A DNA stretch of 63,919 nucleotides, counting the filler, from Thermoplasmatota archaeon (GTDB taxonomy: Archaea > Thermoplasmatota > E2 > JACPAO01 > JAHFTW01), in the NCBI GenBank assembly GCA_041623215.1. It is 3 parts of 3 records of this genome, joined end to end, with 100 filler letters (N's around TTAATTAATTAA, not from the genome) between each part and the next. Parts side by side here need not be neighbours in the genome. Positions count along the whole stretch, not along the records: positions 1 to 22,847 come from JBFJXH010000014.1; 2 more parts are not named here. The stretch is one strand, 5' to 3'. The notes under the pieces were generated by a model. It made no database searches. It saw only the letters and a list, made by a program, of their open reading frames with translations, and was not told the origin of the DNA. Shown here piece after piece: positions 1 to 9,287 of the stretch. Position 1 is the stretch's first letter. The number at the start of each line of letters is the position of its first letter. The position numbers were made by a program, and so were the translations under genes.

Positions 1-1424
1 AGGGCGTTCACTCGGGCATTGATATCTTCATGGAACACTGCGCGACGACGCTCTTCAAGGATGGCAGCGACGGGCGCGTCACGGGCTGCTTGACCTACGA
101 ACGCGAAACCGGCGACTTTCATGCCTTCAGCGCCAAGGCGGTTGTCTTGGCCTGCGGCGGCATTGGCAAATCGTACAAGGTGACGAGCAACAGTTGGGAA
201 TACACCGGCGACGGCGCCGGCCTAGCGTACCGCGCCGGCGCGGACCTACTGGACATGGAGTTTCTGCAATTCCACCCAACCGGCATGGTCTATCCGCCCA
301 GCGTGCGCGGCATTTTGGTCACCGAGGGTGTGCGTGGCGAGGGCGGCATCTTGCGCAATTCGGAGGGAGAGCGCTTCATGTTCCGCTACGTCCCAGACAT
401 GTTCAAGGGGGACTACGCGGAGTCGGAGGAGGAATGCGTGCGCTGGCTCGAGGGCGACAAGAGCGCCCGTCGGCCGCCTGAACTCCTAACGCGCGACGTG
501 GTTGCGCGCGCCATCTTGGCCGAAGTGAAGGCAGGCCGTGGCTCGCCTCGCGGCGGCGTATTCCTCGACATTTCGTGGCGCGATTCAGACTACGTCAAGC
601 GCAAGCTGCCATCCATGTACCACCAATTCAAGGAACTGGCCGGCGTCGATATCACGAAGGAGCCCATGGAAGTTGGGCCCACTATGCACTACACGATGGG
701 TGGCGTCCGCGTTCATCCCGATTCCCAGATGACGACCGTCGACGGCCTCTTTGCCTGCGGCGAATCGGCGGCGGGCATGCATGGTGCCAACCGTTTGGGA
801 GGCAACTCGCTGTCCGACTTGCTGGTCTTTGGCAAGCGGGCCGGCGAGCACGCCGCCAAGTACGCCGCGTCTGCGGCAACGGCGACCGTCGCCGAGGCCG
901 CCATTGACGCTGCCATCAAGGACGCACTTGCCCCCCTCGAACGCGAAGCGGGCGACGCACCCGCCGACATTTGGCACGACTTGCAGGATATCATGAACGA
1001 CAAGGTCAACATGATTCGCGTCGAGGAAGATTTAGCCGCCGCCGTTGAGGAAATCCAGACCATCAAGGCGCGCGTTGCTCACGTGAAGGCAACCGGCTCG
1101 ACCACGTTCAACCCCGGTTGGCACCTTGCCCTGGACCTTAGCAACATGGTCATCGCAGCCGAAGCGGTTTCCCGTTGCGCGCTCCAGCGCAGGGAAAGCC
1201 GCGGCGGACACACACGCGGCGACTTCCCGGCTACGGACCAGGAACAATGGGGCGATGTGAACAGCATCGTCCGCCTAGCCAAGGACGGCAGCATGTCCTG
1301 CACCCTAGAGCCGCTGCCGGAATGGCCCGACTGGGCCCGGACAATCATCGAGGGGTCGGCCGAAGACGTTCACGGCGACCCCGGCGAAGACCCTCCCGGA
1401 CTTGCCGCCGAGGTGGCCGCATGA
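1..1424 (+). CDS. sdhA: Succinate dehydrogenase/fumarate reductase flavoprotein subunit (5'-partial)
   Basis: Frame is open from the window edge. Motifs QFHPTG, TEGVRGEGG, HYTMGG, HGANRLGGNSL and ESRGGH are present. Confidence 0.95.
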   Translation, partial: GVHSGIDIFMEHCATTLFKDGSDGRVTGCLTYERETGDFHAFSAKAVVLACGGIGKSYKVTSNSWEYTGDGAGLAYRAGADLLDMEFLQFHPTGMVYPPSVRGILVTEGVRGEGGILRNSEGERFMFRYVPDMFKGDYAESEEECVRWLEGDKSARRPPELLTRDVVARAILAEVKAGRGSPRGGVFLDISWRDSDYVKRKLPSMYHQFKELAGVDITKEPMEVGPTMHYTMGGVRVHPDSQMTTVDGLFACGESAAGMHGANRLGGNSLSDLLVFGKRAGEHAAKYAASAATATVAEAAIDAAIKDALAPLEREAGDAPADIWHDLQDIMNDKVNMIRVEEDLAAAVEEIQTIKARVAHVKATGSTTFNPGWHLALDLSNMVIAAEAVSRCALQRRESRGGHTRGDFPATDQEQWGDVNSIVRLAKDGSMSCTLEPLPEWPDWARTIIEGSAEDVHGDPGEDPPGLAAEVAA

Positions 1425-2308
1425 GTGGCCCGGGCGCCGACCCCGGCGTGGCTGCTACCGTGGGGGGCGGCTCGTCGGGGATGACCTTCGACGACAACCT
1501 CGATACTGGCAAGACCGTGACGCTGCGGGTGTTTCGCGGCGAAAAGAACCTCGGCCTCTACACCGATTACACCATCCCGCGCGAACCCGGCATGGTCGTC
1601 CTTGATTGCATCCATCGCCTGCAAGACGACCAAGCACAGGATCTTGCCTGCCGCTGGAATTGTAAGGCCGGCAAATGCGGTTCTTGCTCGGCCGAAATCA
1701 ATGGTAAACCCGGCCTCATGTGCATGACGCGCCTGAGCGATTTGGTCCCAGAGGACGACGCCGGTGGCAAGGCCATGGGCAGTAAGGCTAGCCCCATTCG
1801 GGTGGCACCGCTCAAGACCTTCCCGCACGTCAAGGACCTAGTCACGGACGTGTCATGGAACTACGAGCAAAACAAGCGCATCACGCCGTTTACCCCCGCC
1901 GATCTTAGCGACGCTGAGAAGGGCCGTGGCGAATTGAACATGAAGCAAATCGACGTCGACCGGGTGCAAGAGTTCCGCAAGTGCATTGAGTGCTTCTTAT
2001 GCCAAGATACGTGCCATGTCCTTCGCAGTCACGAGGAACCGGATGACCACAACAGCTTCGCTGGGCCGCGCTTCATGATTCGCTACGCCGGCCTCGAAAT
2101 GCACCCCCGGGACGGCGCTGATCGCCTCGATGCCGTCTGGGACGATGGTGGCATTGGCATGTGCAACATTACCCGCTGCTGCACCGAGGTGTGCCCCGAA
2201 CACATTACCATCACGGACAACGCCATCATCCCCATGAAGGAGCGCGTTGTGACGCGCCGCTTCGACCCCCTGGCATGGATGTGGCGCAAGCTCACCGGAA
2301 AGCGGTAG
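1421..2308 (+). CDS. sdhB: Succinate dehydrogenase/fumarate reductase iron-sulfur subunit
   Basis: ATGA overlap with sdhA, preceded by GAGGTGG (alternative start 1481). Cys clusters WNCKAGKCGSC, CIECFLCQDTC and CNITRCCTEVCP. Confidence 0.95.
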   Translation: MSGPGADPGVAATVGGGSSGMTFDDNLDTGKTVTLRVFRGEKNLGLYTDYTIPREPGMVVLDCIHRLQDDQAQDLACRWNCKAGKCGSCSAEINGKPGLMCMTRLSDLVPEDDAGGKAMGSKASPIRVAPLKTFPHVKDLVTDVSWNYEQNKRITPFTPADLSDAEKGRGELNMKQIDVDRVQEFRKCIECFLCQDTCHVLRSHEEPDDHNSFAGPRFMIRYAGLEMHPRDGADRLDAVWDDGGIGMCNITRCCTEVCPEHITITDNAIIPMKERVVTRRFDPLAWMWRKLTGKR

Positions 2309-2375
2309 AAAATTTGGTCTAACATTTGCATCATCGGCACAAAACGCTTCAAGGAGACGCCACGTGGTGTGCTTC

Positions 2376-2825
2376 ATGCGCCTGCTTGTGCTATTCTTGA
2401 TGCTGATGACCGCTGCCTTTGCCGGCTGCCTCGGTGACGACGACGACGCCAGCGGCGACGACGACGCCATGGACGATGACGCCATGGACCACGATGGCGA
2501 CGACATGATGATGGCCGCCCCGGTGGAGCTCAGCATCGCCACCTCCGGAACCTACCCCCTGGACCCCGGCTTCAACGGCGACCTTTCCGCCCCCGCCGGT
2601 GCCACGGTCAATCTGACGTTTACCAACCAAGACCAGAACCAATTGGTCAGCCATGACTGGGTTCTTGAGGGTGTGGAAGGCGCCTCCACGGCCGCTCTTG
2701 GCAACGACGAATCGGCGACGATTACGTTCGTAGCACCCTCCGAGGCAGGTGCCTACACGTTCTTCTGCAGCATCGGCGACCACCGCGACCGCGGTATGGA
2801 AGGCACCTTCACGGTTACTGCCTAG
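2376..2825 (+). CDS. Cupredoxin (plastocyanin/halocyanin-like) lipoprotein
   Basis: Signal peptide with lipobox FAGC, a D/M-rich linker, and type-1 Cu ligands: His in SHDW and C-x4-H-x4-M (FCSIGDHRDRGM). Confidence 0.9.
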   Translation: MRLLVLFLMLMTAAFAGCLGDDDDASGDDDAMDDDAMDHDGDDMMMAAPVELSIATSGTYPLDPGFNGDLSAPAGATVNLTFTNQDQNQLVSHDWVLEGVEGASTAALGNDESATITFVAPSEAGAYTFFCSIGDHRDRGMEGTFTVTA

Positions 2826-3463
2826 CGCGGTTGCACGCCGTCGTCGACCCGGCGACCCGTCTGTAGCGCCTCAATGGCCTGCCGACGGACGCTCTCCAAA
2901 TCCACGGGCGCCCGGCGCACCAGCTGCTCCGGCTCCCCGTCCACTCGCTGCCAGGTCGTGAAGGGCCGCTGGCTAGTGCCTGCGACTTGCTCGAACAGGC
3001 TCACAGCGAATTCTGCCGGCTCCTTCGTTACCCCATGCGCATGGTCGGCGGGGAAGGCGTGCCACATGCCGGCCCTCGTTTGCTTGGATGCGTGCGCCAT
3101 CAAGGAAGCTCGTCTACCATCAGGCTCCACGGCCCACACCCCGTCCGGGTCGTCGCGGAAGCTATACAGGTGATGCTCCACCGCCCCCACCAGAACATGG
3201 CTCACAGCATCGCCAGTATGACTGTGAACGCCATACGGGCTGGCGGGGCCGACTGGCTTGCCCGCCGGATGCCAAATGTGCAGGCGACGACTCCACGTGC
3301 CATCGGGTCGCTGCCGCTTGGCTAAGGGGATGGTGAACACGCCAAAAGGGTGCCAGTGCAGACCGGATGCCTGCACAGGCAGCTCCAGGACCCGAAGCGC
3401 TTCGGCGACGTGGTCCGACTGATTGCTGCGGCCCTGTTGCAAGGCAAGAATGGGGCCAGTCAC
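2822..3463 (-). CDS. Hypothetical protein, probable cupin-fold metalloprotein
   Basis: RLHIWHP...VHSH...SHVLVG and a later HAH fit the cupin His pattern. Converges on the cupredoxin gene. Confidence 0.55.
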   Translation of the reverse strand: MTGPILALQQGRSNQSDHVAEALRVLELPVQASGLHWHPFGVFTIPLAKRQRPDGTWSRRLHIWHPAGKPVGPASPYGVHSHTGDAVSHVLVGAVEHHLYSFRDDPDGVWAVEPDGRRASLMAHASKQTRAGMWHAFPADHAHGVTKEPAEFAVSLFEQVAGTSQRPFTTWQRVDGEPEQLVRRAPVDLESVRRQAIEALQTGRRVDDGVQPR

Positions 3464-3556
3464 AGGCTGCGTTCGAGCCGACGACCGTCATGAACCTTGG
3501 GGCAATTCGCTGTCATCTCCGCAATGGTTACCATGCGCACCGCGACGTCTCCCGTG

Positions 3557-4621
3557 ATGCCCATGCTCCGCTTGCTGGTAACCATCGCCGCCCTGGTGGC
3601 CGCTTCAACCTTAGCCGGGTGCACCGAACCGTCGCCACAACCCGTGCAGGACGACGAGCCCGACGTATGCACCGTGTCATCGCCAGACGATACCTCTTGC
3701 TTGCAAGCGGCCGCCCAAGGTTCCAACGCATCGCACCGGCACGACTACTGGCACGGCAAGGAACGCCTCGTCGTCCTGGATTACACCGGCCCCGTTGGGA
3801 CCGTTGGCGTTTCCAGCGAATCGCGCCAAACGGTTCGCGCCACAAGCCCGATTCCCCAGGGCACCGAAGCCGTTGAGGTGGCAGCAACTTGGACTGAGCA
3901 TATACCGAGCCATTACGGCAAACTGGAACTGTACGTAGCCACCGCAGCCGACCGCGAGCCCTGGCTCGTGGGGGACCTCGTGGCGGGGGAAACACTAACG
4001 ATTGCATCAGACAACAATCGCAACGATTTGCCCCACCAGCAGATTTCCCAGTGGCGATTCGTTCTCGTCTTCAGCTCCGACGTTTCACCCGGACCCATCG
4101 TCGTCCAATGGGAGATGACGCTCACGGCCGAAGCCATTCGGGGCCTTGACATCCCGTTGATGGATGGTCATCCTGACCTGTGGCAGGGCCTCGACGCCAT
4201 GCCGCTCATGCACGTAGTAACAGAGCAACACGTAACCGCCAGGGGTGAAACCATCGGCCCGGCAGGTGCTTCGTACGCCTGTGCGCGTGGTTGCCTAGAC
4301 ATCATGGCCCCAGACGATGGCGCCCTAGTCCCGTTTGATGCGGCGGCGGTTGTTGTGACCTTGGAGCGAAGCGATTTGCCGTTCGTGGTCGGACTCTCCT
4401 ACCACGGTGCCGATGAGTTAGCCTTCAAGCGGCTTGAGCCGACGAGCGAAAGTGGCACCACTCGCACCTACATCATCCCGGTGGAAGGCGCCGGCGACGG
4501 CCCCTACTCACGCCAAAGTCAGTGGGAGTTTCGCGCCTTCATTGACGACCCGACAAAGGACCGCATCTACGCCGGCCAATACGCGGTAACGGCCGAAGTG
4601 CACCGCACGCTGCCCGCTTAG
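3557..4621 (+). CDS. Uncharacterised lipoprotein
   Basis: Hydrophobic N-terminus with LAGC. Two loosely repeated beta-rich halves (IPQGTEAVEV...SQWRF / VPFDAAAVVV...SQWEF). Start is 3557 or 3563. Confidence 0.75.
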   Translation: MPMLRLLVTIAALVAASTLAGCTEPSPQPVQDDEPDVCTVSSPDDTSCLQAAAQGSNASHRHDYWHGKERLVVLDYTGPVGTVGVSSESRQTVRATSPIPQGTEAVEVAATWTEHIPSHYGKLELYVATAADREPWLVGDLVAGETLTIASDNNRNDLPHQQISQWRFVLVFSSDVSPGPIVVQWEMTLTAEAIRGLDIPLMDGHPDLWQGLDAMPLMHVVTEQHVTARGETIGPAGASYACARGCLDIMAPDDGALVPFDAAAVVVTLERSDLPFVVGLSYHGADELAFKRLEPTSESGTTRTYIIPVEGAGDGPYSRQSQWEFRAFIDDPTKDRIYAGQYAVTAEVHRTLPA

Positions 4622-5466
4622 TCGGCACCCGAATCGAGGCGGCCAAAGCGGCCGTGTTGGTAGTCGGCAATGGCCTGGCGAATTTCGGCCTCCGTGTTCA
4701 TGACAAATGGGCCCCACTGGGCCACCGGTTCACCCAGCGGACTTCCTGTAGCCAGGATGCACTCCAAATCCCCGCCCACCGGAACGGAAGAACCATCGGG
4801 CAAGTCAACACGCTGTCCTTCACGGACCTCAACGCCCGACACCGTTCCCGAGCCCCGGATGACATAGACGAACGCCTTGTGACCGGCCGGTACTGGTAAC
4901 TCGACTATTTGCTGGCCGTGCAATTTGGCATGAAGATACGTAATCGGGGTCACCGTGTCAATGACGGCGCTGGTGCCACGAAATTCCCCCGCGATGACAC
5001 GAACCACGCTTTCGCCATCTTCCAGCGTTACTTCGGGGATGTCGGCGCCATCGATGTCCTGGTACCGCGGGGGGTCCATTTTGTGTGCGGCGGGCAAGTT
5101 GACCCATAGCTGAAGCCCGTGGACGGTTCCGCCGTGCTCGAGCACCTGCCGGCTGGGCATTTCAGAGTGAATGACGCCGCTACCTGCAGTCATCCATTGC
5201 ACGCTGCCCGCAGTCAGGTAGCCCGAATTGCCAAGCGAGTCCCGGTGTTCCCAATCGCCATCCAAGACGTAAGTGACGGTTTCGAAGCCACGATGGGGGT
5301 GGTTGGGTGCGCCCTTGGCGTCCCCCGGTGCATAGTGGGTTGGACCCATGTGATCGAGTAACAAGAACGGATCCAAGTTGCCGTGATGTGGATGGATGGC
5401 GCGGCGCACCACCATGCCTTCTCCTTCGACCGTTTGGACGGCATCCACAGGATGTGGAGGCTTCAT
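4618..5466 (-). CDS. Pirin family protein
   Basis: DPFLLLDH, HPHRGFETVTY, WMTAGSGVIHSE, QLWVNLP and GPFVMNT. ATGA overlap with the DoxX gene. Confidence 0.95.
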   Translation of the reverse strand: MKPPHPVDAVQTVEGEGMVVRRAIHPHHGNLDPFLLLDHMGPTHYAPGDAKGAPNHPHRGFETVTYVLDGDWEHRDSLGNSGYLTAGSVQWMTAGSGVIHSEMPSRQVLEHGGTVHGLQLWVNLPAAHKMDPPRYQDIDGADIPEVTLEDGESVVRVIAGEFRGTSAVIDTVTPITYLHAKLHGQQIVELPVPAGHKAFVYVIRGSGTVSGVEVREGQRVDLPDGSSVPVGGDLECILATGSPLGEPVAQWGPFVMNTEAEIRQAIADYQHGRFGRLDSGAD

Positions 5467-5843
5467 GCTTTTCGAGGCAGCCATTTCTCAGTCCATTCGG
5501 GCCGTTCAATCCACGCCACAATGGATGCTAGGACACCCAAGGTCGCAGGCAGTGCCCAGCCCACGAAGTCGCTGGCTAAGAAGTGGGTGATGACCGCTCC
5601 GACCATGGTGACAGCGAGCACTTTTGCTCCCCAGAAGCGCGTCTTGGGAACGGCAATCAGCAACGCGCCAGCCATCTCAATGGCGCCAATGACGGGGATG
5701 GCCCACAGCGGGACCCCAAGGTTACCGTGGAGGTTTTCCTCCATCATCTCGTTGCCCGTCAGTTTCATTCCTCCAAAGAAAAGGAAGGCGAGCGTCAGCA
5801 GGATGCTCAAGGCCCAAGTTGCAATGGTTTTCTTGTCTGCCAT
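5463..5843 (-). CDS. DoxX family membrane protein
   Basis: About four TM segments. GGMKL, IGAIEMAGA and MVGAVITH motifs. Confidence 0.85.
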   Translation of the reverse strand: MADKKTIATWALSILLTLAFLFFGGMKLTGNEMMEENLHGNLGVPLWAIPVIGAIEMAGALLIAVPKTRFWGAKVLAVTMVGAVITHFLASDFVGWALPATLGVLASIVAWIERPEWTEKWLPRKA

Positions 5844-5906
5844 GCTGCTTTGTATGCGACCGGGACTATTAGACGAGGTTCTTTGTCGGATGGGAGCGAC
5901 TTCGAC

Positions 5907-5937
5907 ACTTGCAAGTACCAATTTGATATAGTGCAAG
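5907..5937. promoter_or_regulatory. Candidate operator in the divergent DoxX/HxlR promoter
   Basis: Perfect palindrome ACTTGCAAGT (5907-5916) and inverted repeat CTTGCA-N18-TGCAAG around an AT-rich core. Confidence 0.4.
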
Positions 5938-5950
5938 GAGCAACTAGTGA

Positions 5951-6289
5951 ATGAATAGCATGGAATGTGAATGCGTCAATTCAGAGGAGATTCGCGGGAC
6001 GTTTCGCCTGCTTGGCAGGGCTCACATGCTCGAAGTCCTGCATCACTTCGCTCACAACGGCGGACGCCCGCTGCGGTTTCGCGACCTCCAGTCAAGCTTG
6101 ACGGCGAGCCCCAACACATTGAGCGCGCGCCTCAAGGAATTGACCGACGCCGGCTTTCTGACCCGCACATCCCACGACACCATTCCCCCGCACGTAGAGT
6201 ATCACCCCACCCCCCGCATGGAGGGGCTTTGCCAGGTCTTTGACGCCATGCACGCTTGGATGAAACCCTCTCCCCTGCTGGAGGTCTGA
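5951..6289 (+). CDS. HxlR family winged-helix transcriptional regulator
   Basis: LRFRDLQ...SPNTLSARLKEL...PPHVEY. N-terminal Cys residues (MECEC). Confidence 0.9.
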   Translation: MNSMECECVNSEEIRGTFRLLGRAHMLEVLHHFAHNGGRPLRFRDLQSSLTASPNTLSARLKELTDAGFLTRTSHDTIPPHVEYHPTPRMEGLCQVFDAMHAWMKPSPLLEV

Positions 6290-6741
6290 TGCGCGCAAAA
6301 GGCCTGTATCACGCGGTCCTGTATGTGCAAGACCTGCAGCGGAGCTTGGGCTTCTATCGCGACCTGCTTGGGTTTCAGGTCATTGGCGATGCCTTTGGCG
6401 GGCGCGCCGCAGCGATGATTGGCTCCGATCACAGGACGCACCACGAATTATTGCTCATTCAAGTCGGGGACGCGCCAGGCCCGCAAACCGGACACCGGCT
6501 AGGCCTCTACCACCTCGGCATCAAGGTGGGCGATAGCTTGGAGGAACTGCGACAGGCCAAACAGGAGTTGGAAGCAGCCGGCGTGACCATCGAGGGCGCA
6601 AGCGACCATACCGCAACCTGGAGCCTCTATCTCCGGGACCCCGACGGCAACGAGGTGGAAATCTACTGCGACAACCCCGCCGTGGATTGGCGGGCCAATC
6701 CGGCCGCCGCCATGGCCCCCATCAAGCCGCTGACCCTATGA
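6289..6741 (+). CDS. VOC/glyoxalase family protein (CatE-like)
   Basis: TGATG overlap. HAVLYVQDL..SLGFYRDLLG, GLYHLG and SLYLRDPDGNEVE motifs. Confidence 0.9.
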   Translation: MRAKGLYHAVLYVQDLQRSLGFYRDLLGFQVIGDAFGGRAAAMIGSDHRTHHELLLIQVGDAPGPQTGHRLGLYHLGIKVGDSLEELRQAKQELEAAGVTIEGASDHTATWSLYLRDPDGNEVEIYCDNPAVDWRANPAAAMAPIKPLTL

Positions 6742-6890
6742 TTCGAAGTGCCAAGACGCGCGACGACGCCCGGCGTGCACGCCGCGATGCAGGGCTGCCC
6801 GCCCGCGGCGATGCGCGCGCCGGTCACGGCAAGGATGCGCCTCCCAGAGGTGGTCGCAACGCAGGGGGCCGGGGCCGCAGTCGCGCTTAG
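6738..6890 (+). CDS. Possible 50-aa Arg/Gly-rich small protein
   Basis: ATGA overlap with the VOC stop codon, and it fills the intergenic gap. The composition could simply reflect high GC. Confidence 0.3.
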   Translation: MIRSAKTRDDARRARRDAGLPARGDARAGHGKDAPPRGGRNAGGRGRSRA

Positions 6891-6930
6891 GCCAGGTGCA
6901 CCGGCTGGCGGGGGGGGCCGCCGAGCAATG

Positions 6931-8424
6931 TCAGAGGGCCGTTGCGCGAAGGCGCTCCGCCAGGATGCCCATGGCCGTCGCCGTCTCCAGGGAAACTTCC
7001 TTGCCCGTAATCTCGTAATGGCTTGGCACAGCATCCAAGATGGCCTTCGGCAGGCCGTGGTGACCCAAGCCCATGAGCAAGCAAGTGGCACCCTCGAGCG
7101 ACCGGCGCTTGTGGGCGGCCGGCTTTGGGGTGCTGGCGACCAAGTCGCCAGGCCACGGCGCTTCGTCACTCCATGCACGAAGGTGCAGGCGCCCTGCGTC
7201 CGCTAGCGCCGCGACGTGTCGTTCCTCTCCGATGCGCGTTTCACTTGCCACAATCACCGCCAACGATGATGCGTCCTTTACGGGAAAATCCACGAGCAGT
7301 AGGTCCAAGTCAAAAGCATCGCAAAGCGGCGCCGCCCGGGCAATGGCTCGAATGTGGTTGGGGCCAAGGCCTCCGTCGTAGCCATTGACCAGCGCCAGTG
7401 TGTGGCGGTTGGCCGCCGGCGCTGTACGCGGCGTGGCCGACTTCTCTACGTGTCCGCTATGAGATGACGCCTTCGTGCCATCCGTCGTCTTCGCGGCGTC
7501 CCGTAGGGCGTCAGGCACAAGCGTGCCAGCCCGCTCAAGGGCCGTGGCGAGTTTGGCAGCCTCCTTGGCTCGCACGCGCGGGTCTTCGATTTTGGCGACC
7601 ACATCCGCCGCCTCGTCGAACCAAGCAACGCACAGGCCCAGCTTGTCCGCCCGCGCCGCCGCCGTCGTAAGCACGCGCGCGCGGTCCGCCCCGTCGCGCT
7701 TGGCGGCCGACGCTACGATTGCCTCCAGCGTTGCCTGGTCGTCGGCTCGCCACACGAGGACACGCAGTTCTTCCAGGCGCTGAGTGCGGTCCTGGATGTC
7801 CCAGGCAGCAGCGATTGCGTCGCGGGTGTGGACGCGGCCCAAGAGGTGGGCTTGCAAGGGAGCGGGAAGCAGTTCAATTTCAGCGCGCAGGCTTTTTTCC
7901 TCCCCCATCGGCGCAGCACGCAGCACGGCACGGCAGCCCGCGACTTCGAAGCCTTGATTGAGCGCCGCTCGGCGCAGCAGGCGCGCTCGCCCCTTGGCAT
8001 CAACATGGCCAGCGCCTGCTGTAATGACATCCAAGACCCATTGGCCATCCGGCATCGCCTCGATGTCTTGGATGACGCGGTCCATGGTCATTGCACGGGT
8101 TGGAGCGGCATGCTTGTGCCGCGCGCCGGCTCGCCACGTGGGCAGCCGCCGCAGCAGGTCAGCCCACAATTCGGCCCGGCGACTCAAGCGGTCCAGTCCT
8201 TCGATGCGCTGGAGCGCGTCTTGCAGTGCTTGGGCGGCTTCTGGGAACGTCAAACGTGGATCCGAACTAATCCTGATGAGCGCCCACGCCGCCTGGCCCT
8301 CGTCTTCAATTTTCTTGGCTGCCGCCACCAAGCTGCGCGGATCGCGCTTGCCCTTTAGTTCCTGAACAAGGCGACGGGCAACGACGGCAGGGTGGTCAGT
8401 CACTGGTAGGCGATTGCGGTGCAC
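6931..8424 (-). CDS. DUF531 (SPOUT-like) domain protein with long helical N-terminal region
   Basis: C-terminal TLALVNGYD..HIRAIARAAPLCDAF...GLGHHGLP...SLETATAMG. Start uncertain (GTG 8403 possible). Confidence 0.75.
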   Translation of the reverse strand: MHRNRLPVTDHPAVVARRLVQELKGKRDPRSLVAAAKKIEDEGQAAWALIRISSDPRLTFPEAAQALQDALQRIEGLDRLSRRAELWADLLRRLPTWRAGARHKHAAPTRAMTMDRVIQDIEAMPDGQWVLDVITAGAGHVDAKGRARLLRRAALNQGFEVAGCRAVLRAAPMGEEKSLRAEIELLPAPLQAHLLGRVHTRDAIAAAWDIQDRTQRLEELRVLVWRADDQATLEAIVASAAKRDGADRARVLTTAAARADKLGLCVAWFDEAADVVAKIEDPRVRAKEAAKLATALERAGTLVPDALRDAAKTTDGTKASSHSGHVEKSATPRTAPAANRHTLALVNGYDGGLGPNHIRAIARAAPLCDAFDLDLLLVDFPVKDASSLAVIVASETRIGEERHVAALADAGRLHLRAWSDEAPWPGDLVASTPKPAAHKRRSLEGATCLLMGLGHHGLPKAILDAVPSHYEITGKEVSLETATAMGILAERLRATAL

Positions 8425-8477
8425 CTCTTGGCGTCACCGGCCCCAAACGCCAAGTCAACCGATGCTTGCAGGCATCC

Positions 8478-9161
8478 ATGGACTTCCACTTGGTCTCCTT
8501 CAAGACGTGCCCGTATGTACAGCGCAGCGTCATTGCCCTCAAGCACAAGGGAATCGCCTACGACATCACGTACATCGACCTGTCGGACCCGCCGGCTTGG
8601 TTTCAAGAAATGTCGCCACTAGGCAAAGTGCCGATTCTGGAAGTGACCAGCGACGAGGGTGACAAGACGGTTCTCTTCGAGTCCGCGGTCTTGTGCGAAT
8701 TCATCGACGAGGTGACGGGGGGCGGATTGGTGCCCGCGGACGCTGTTCAGCGCGCCCAGGACCGGGCCTGGGTTGCCTTCGGAGCGGAGTGCCTTATGGA
8801 CTATTACCAGGCCAGCATGGCTCCGGACGAAGCGCAGCACAGTGCGCACGTGGAAGCTCTCAAAGGGAAGTTGACGCGCCTGCAGCAGCAGGTTGCCTCG
8901 CGCCCGGGATCCCTGTGGAATGGCAATGACCTTGGCCTCGTGGATTGCGCCGTGGCGCCTCTTCTCATGCGCTTGCAAGAATTTGGCGCCATGGCCGAGT
9001 CGTTTGACTTGGAAGCATTCCCCGAATTGGCTGCATGGGCCAACGCCCTGGACCAGTTGCCCGAGGTGGCCGAGAGCATGGTGCCCGAGTGGCGTGATTT
9101 GCACCGCCAATACATCGTCAAGTCGGGCAGCTACATCGGCCAAGCAAGTGTGGCCGCCTAG
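8478..9161 (+). CDS. Glutathione S-transferase family protein
   Basis: CPYVQR, SPLGKVP, LFESAVLCEFIDE and LVDCAVAPLL motifs. Confidence 0.93.
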   Translation: MDFHLVSFKTCPYVQRSVIALKHKGIAYDITYIDLSDPPAWFQEMSPLGKVPILEVTSDEGDKTVLFESAVLCEFIDEVTGGGLVPADAVQRAQDRAWVAFGAECLMDYYQASMAPDEAQHSAHVEALKGKLTRLQQQVASRPGSLWNGNDLGLVDCAVAPLLMRLQEFGAMAESFDLEAFPELAAWANALDQLPEVAESMVPEWRDLHRQYIVKSGSYIGQASVAA

Positions 9162-9287
9162 GGCCTCCCGACGGCGGGAGGTGTTCGCATCCATCCTGCC
9201 AAACCAGCAAGAGCCAGCAGGGCGATTCCTCGATGTTTGGCCATCGTGCCGATGGTCATTATATGCGACCAATTGGCATGGAGCCCC

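Noticed and set aside
1175..1420. N-terminal extension of sdhB in the ORF track
   Set aside because: It overlaps sdhA. The ATGA-coupled start at 1421 with an SD-like sequence is more plausible.
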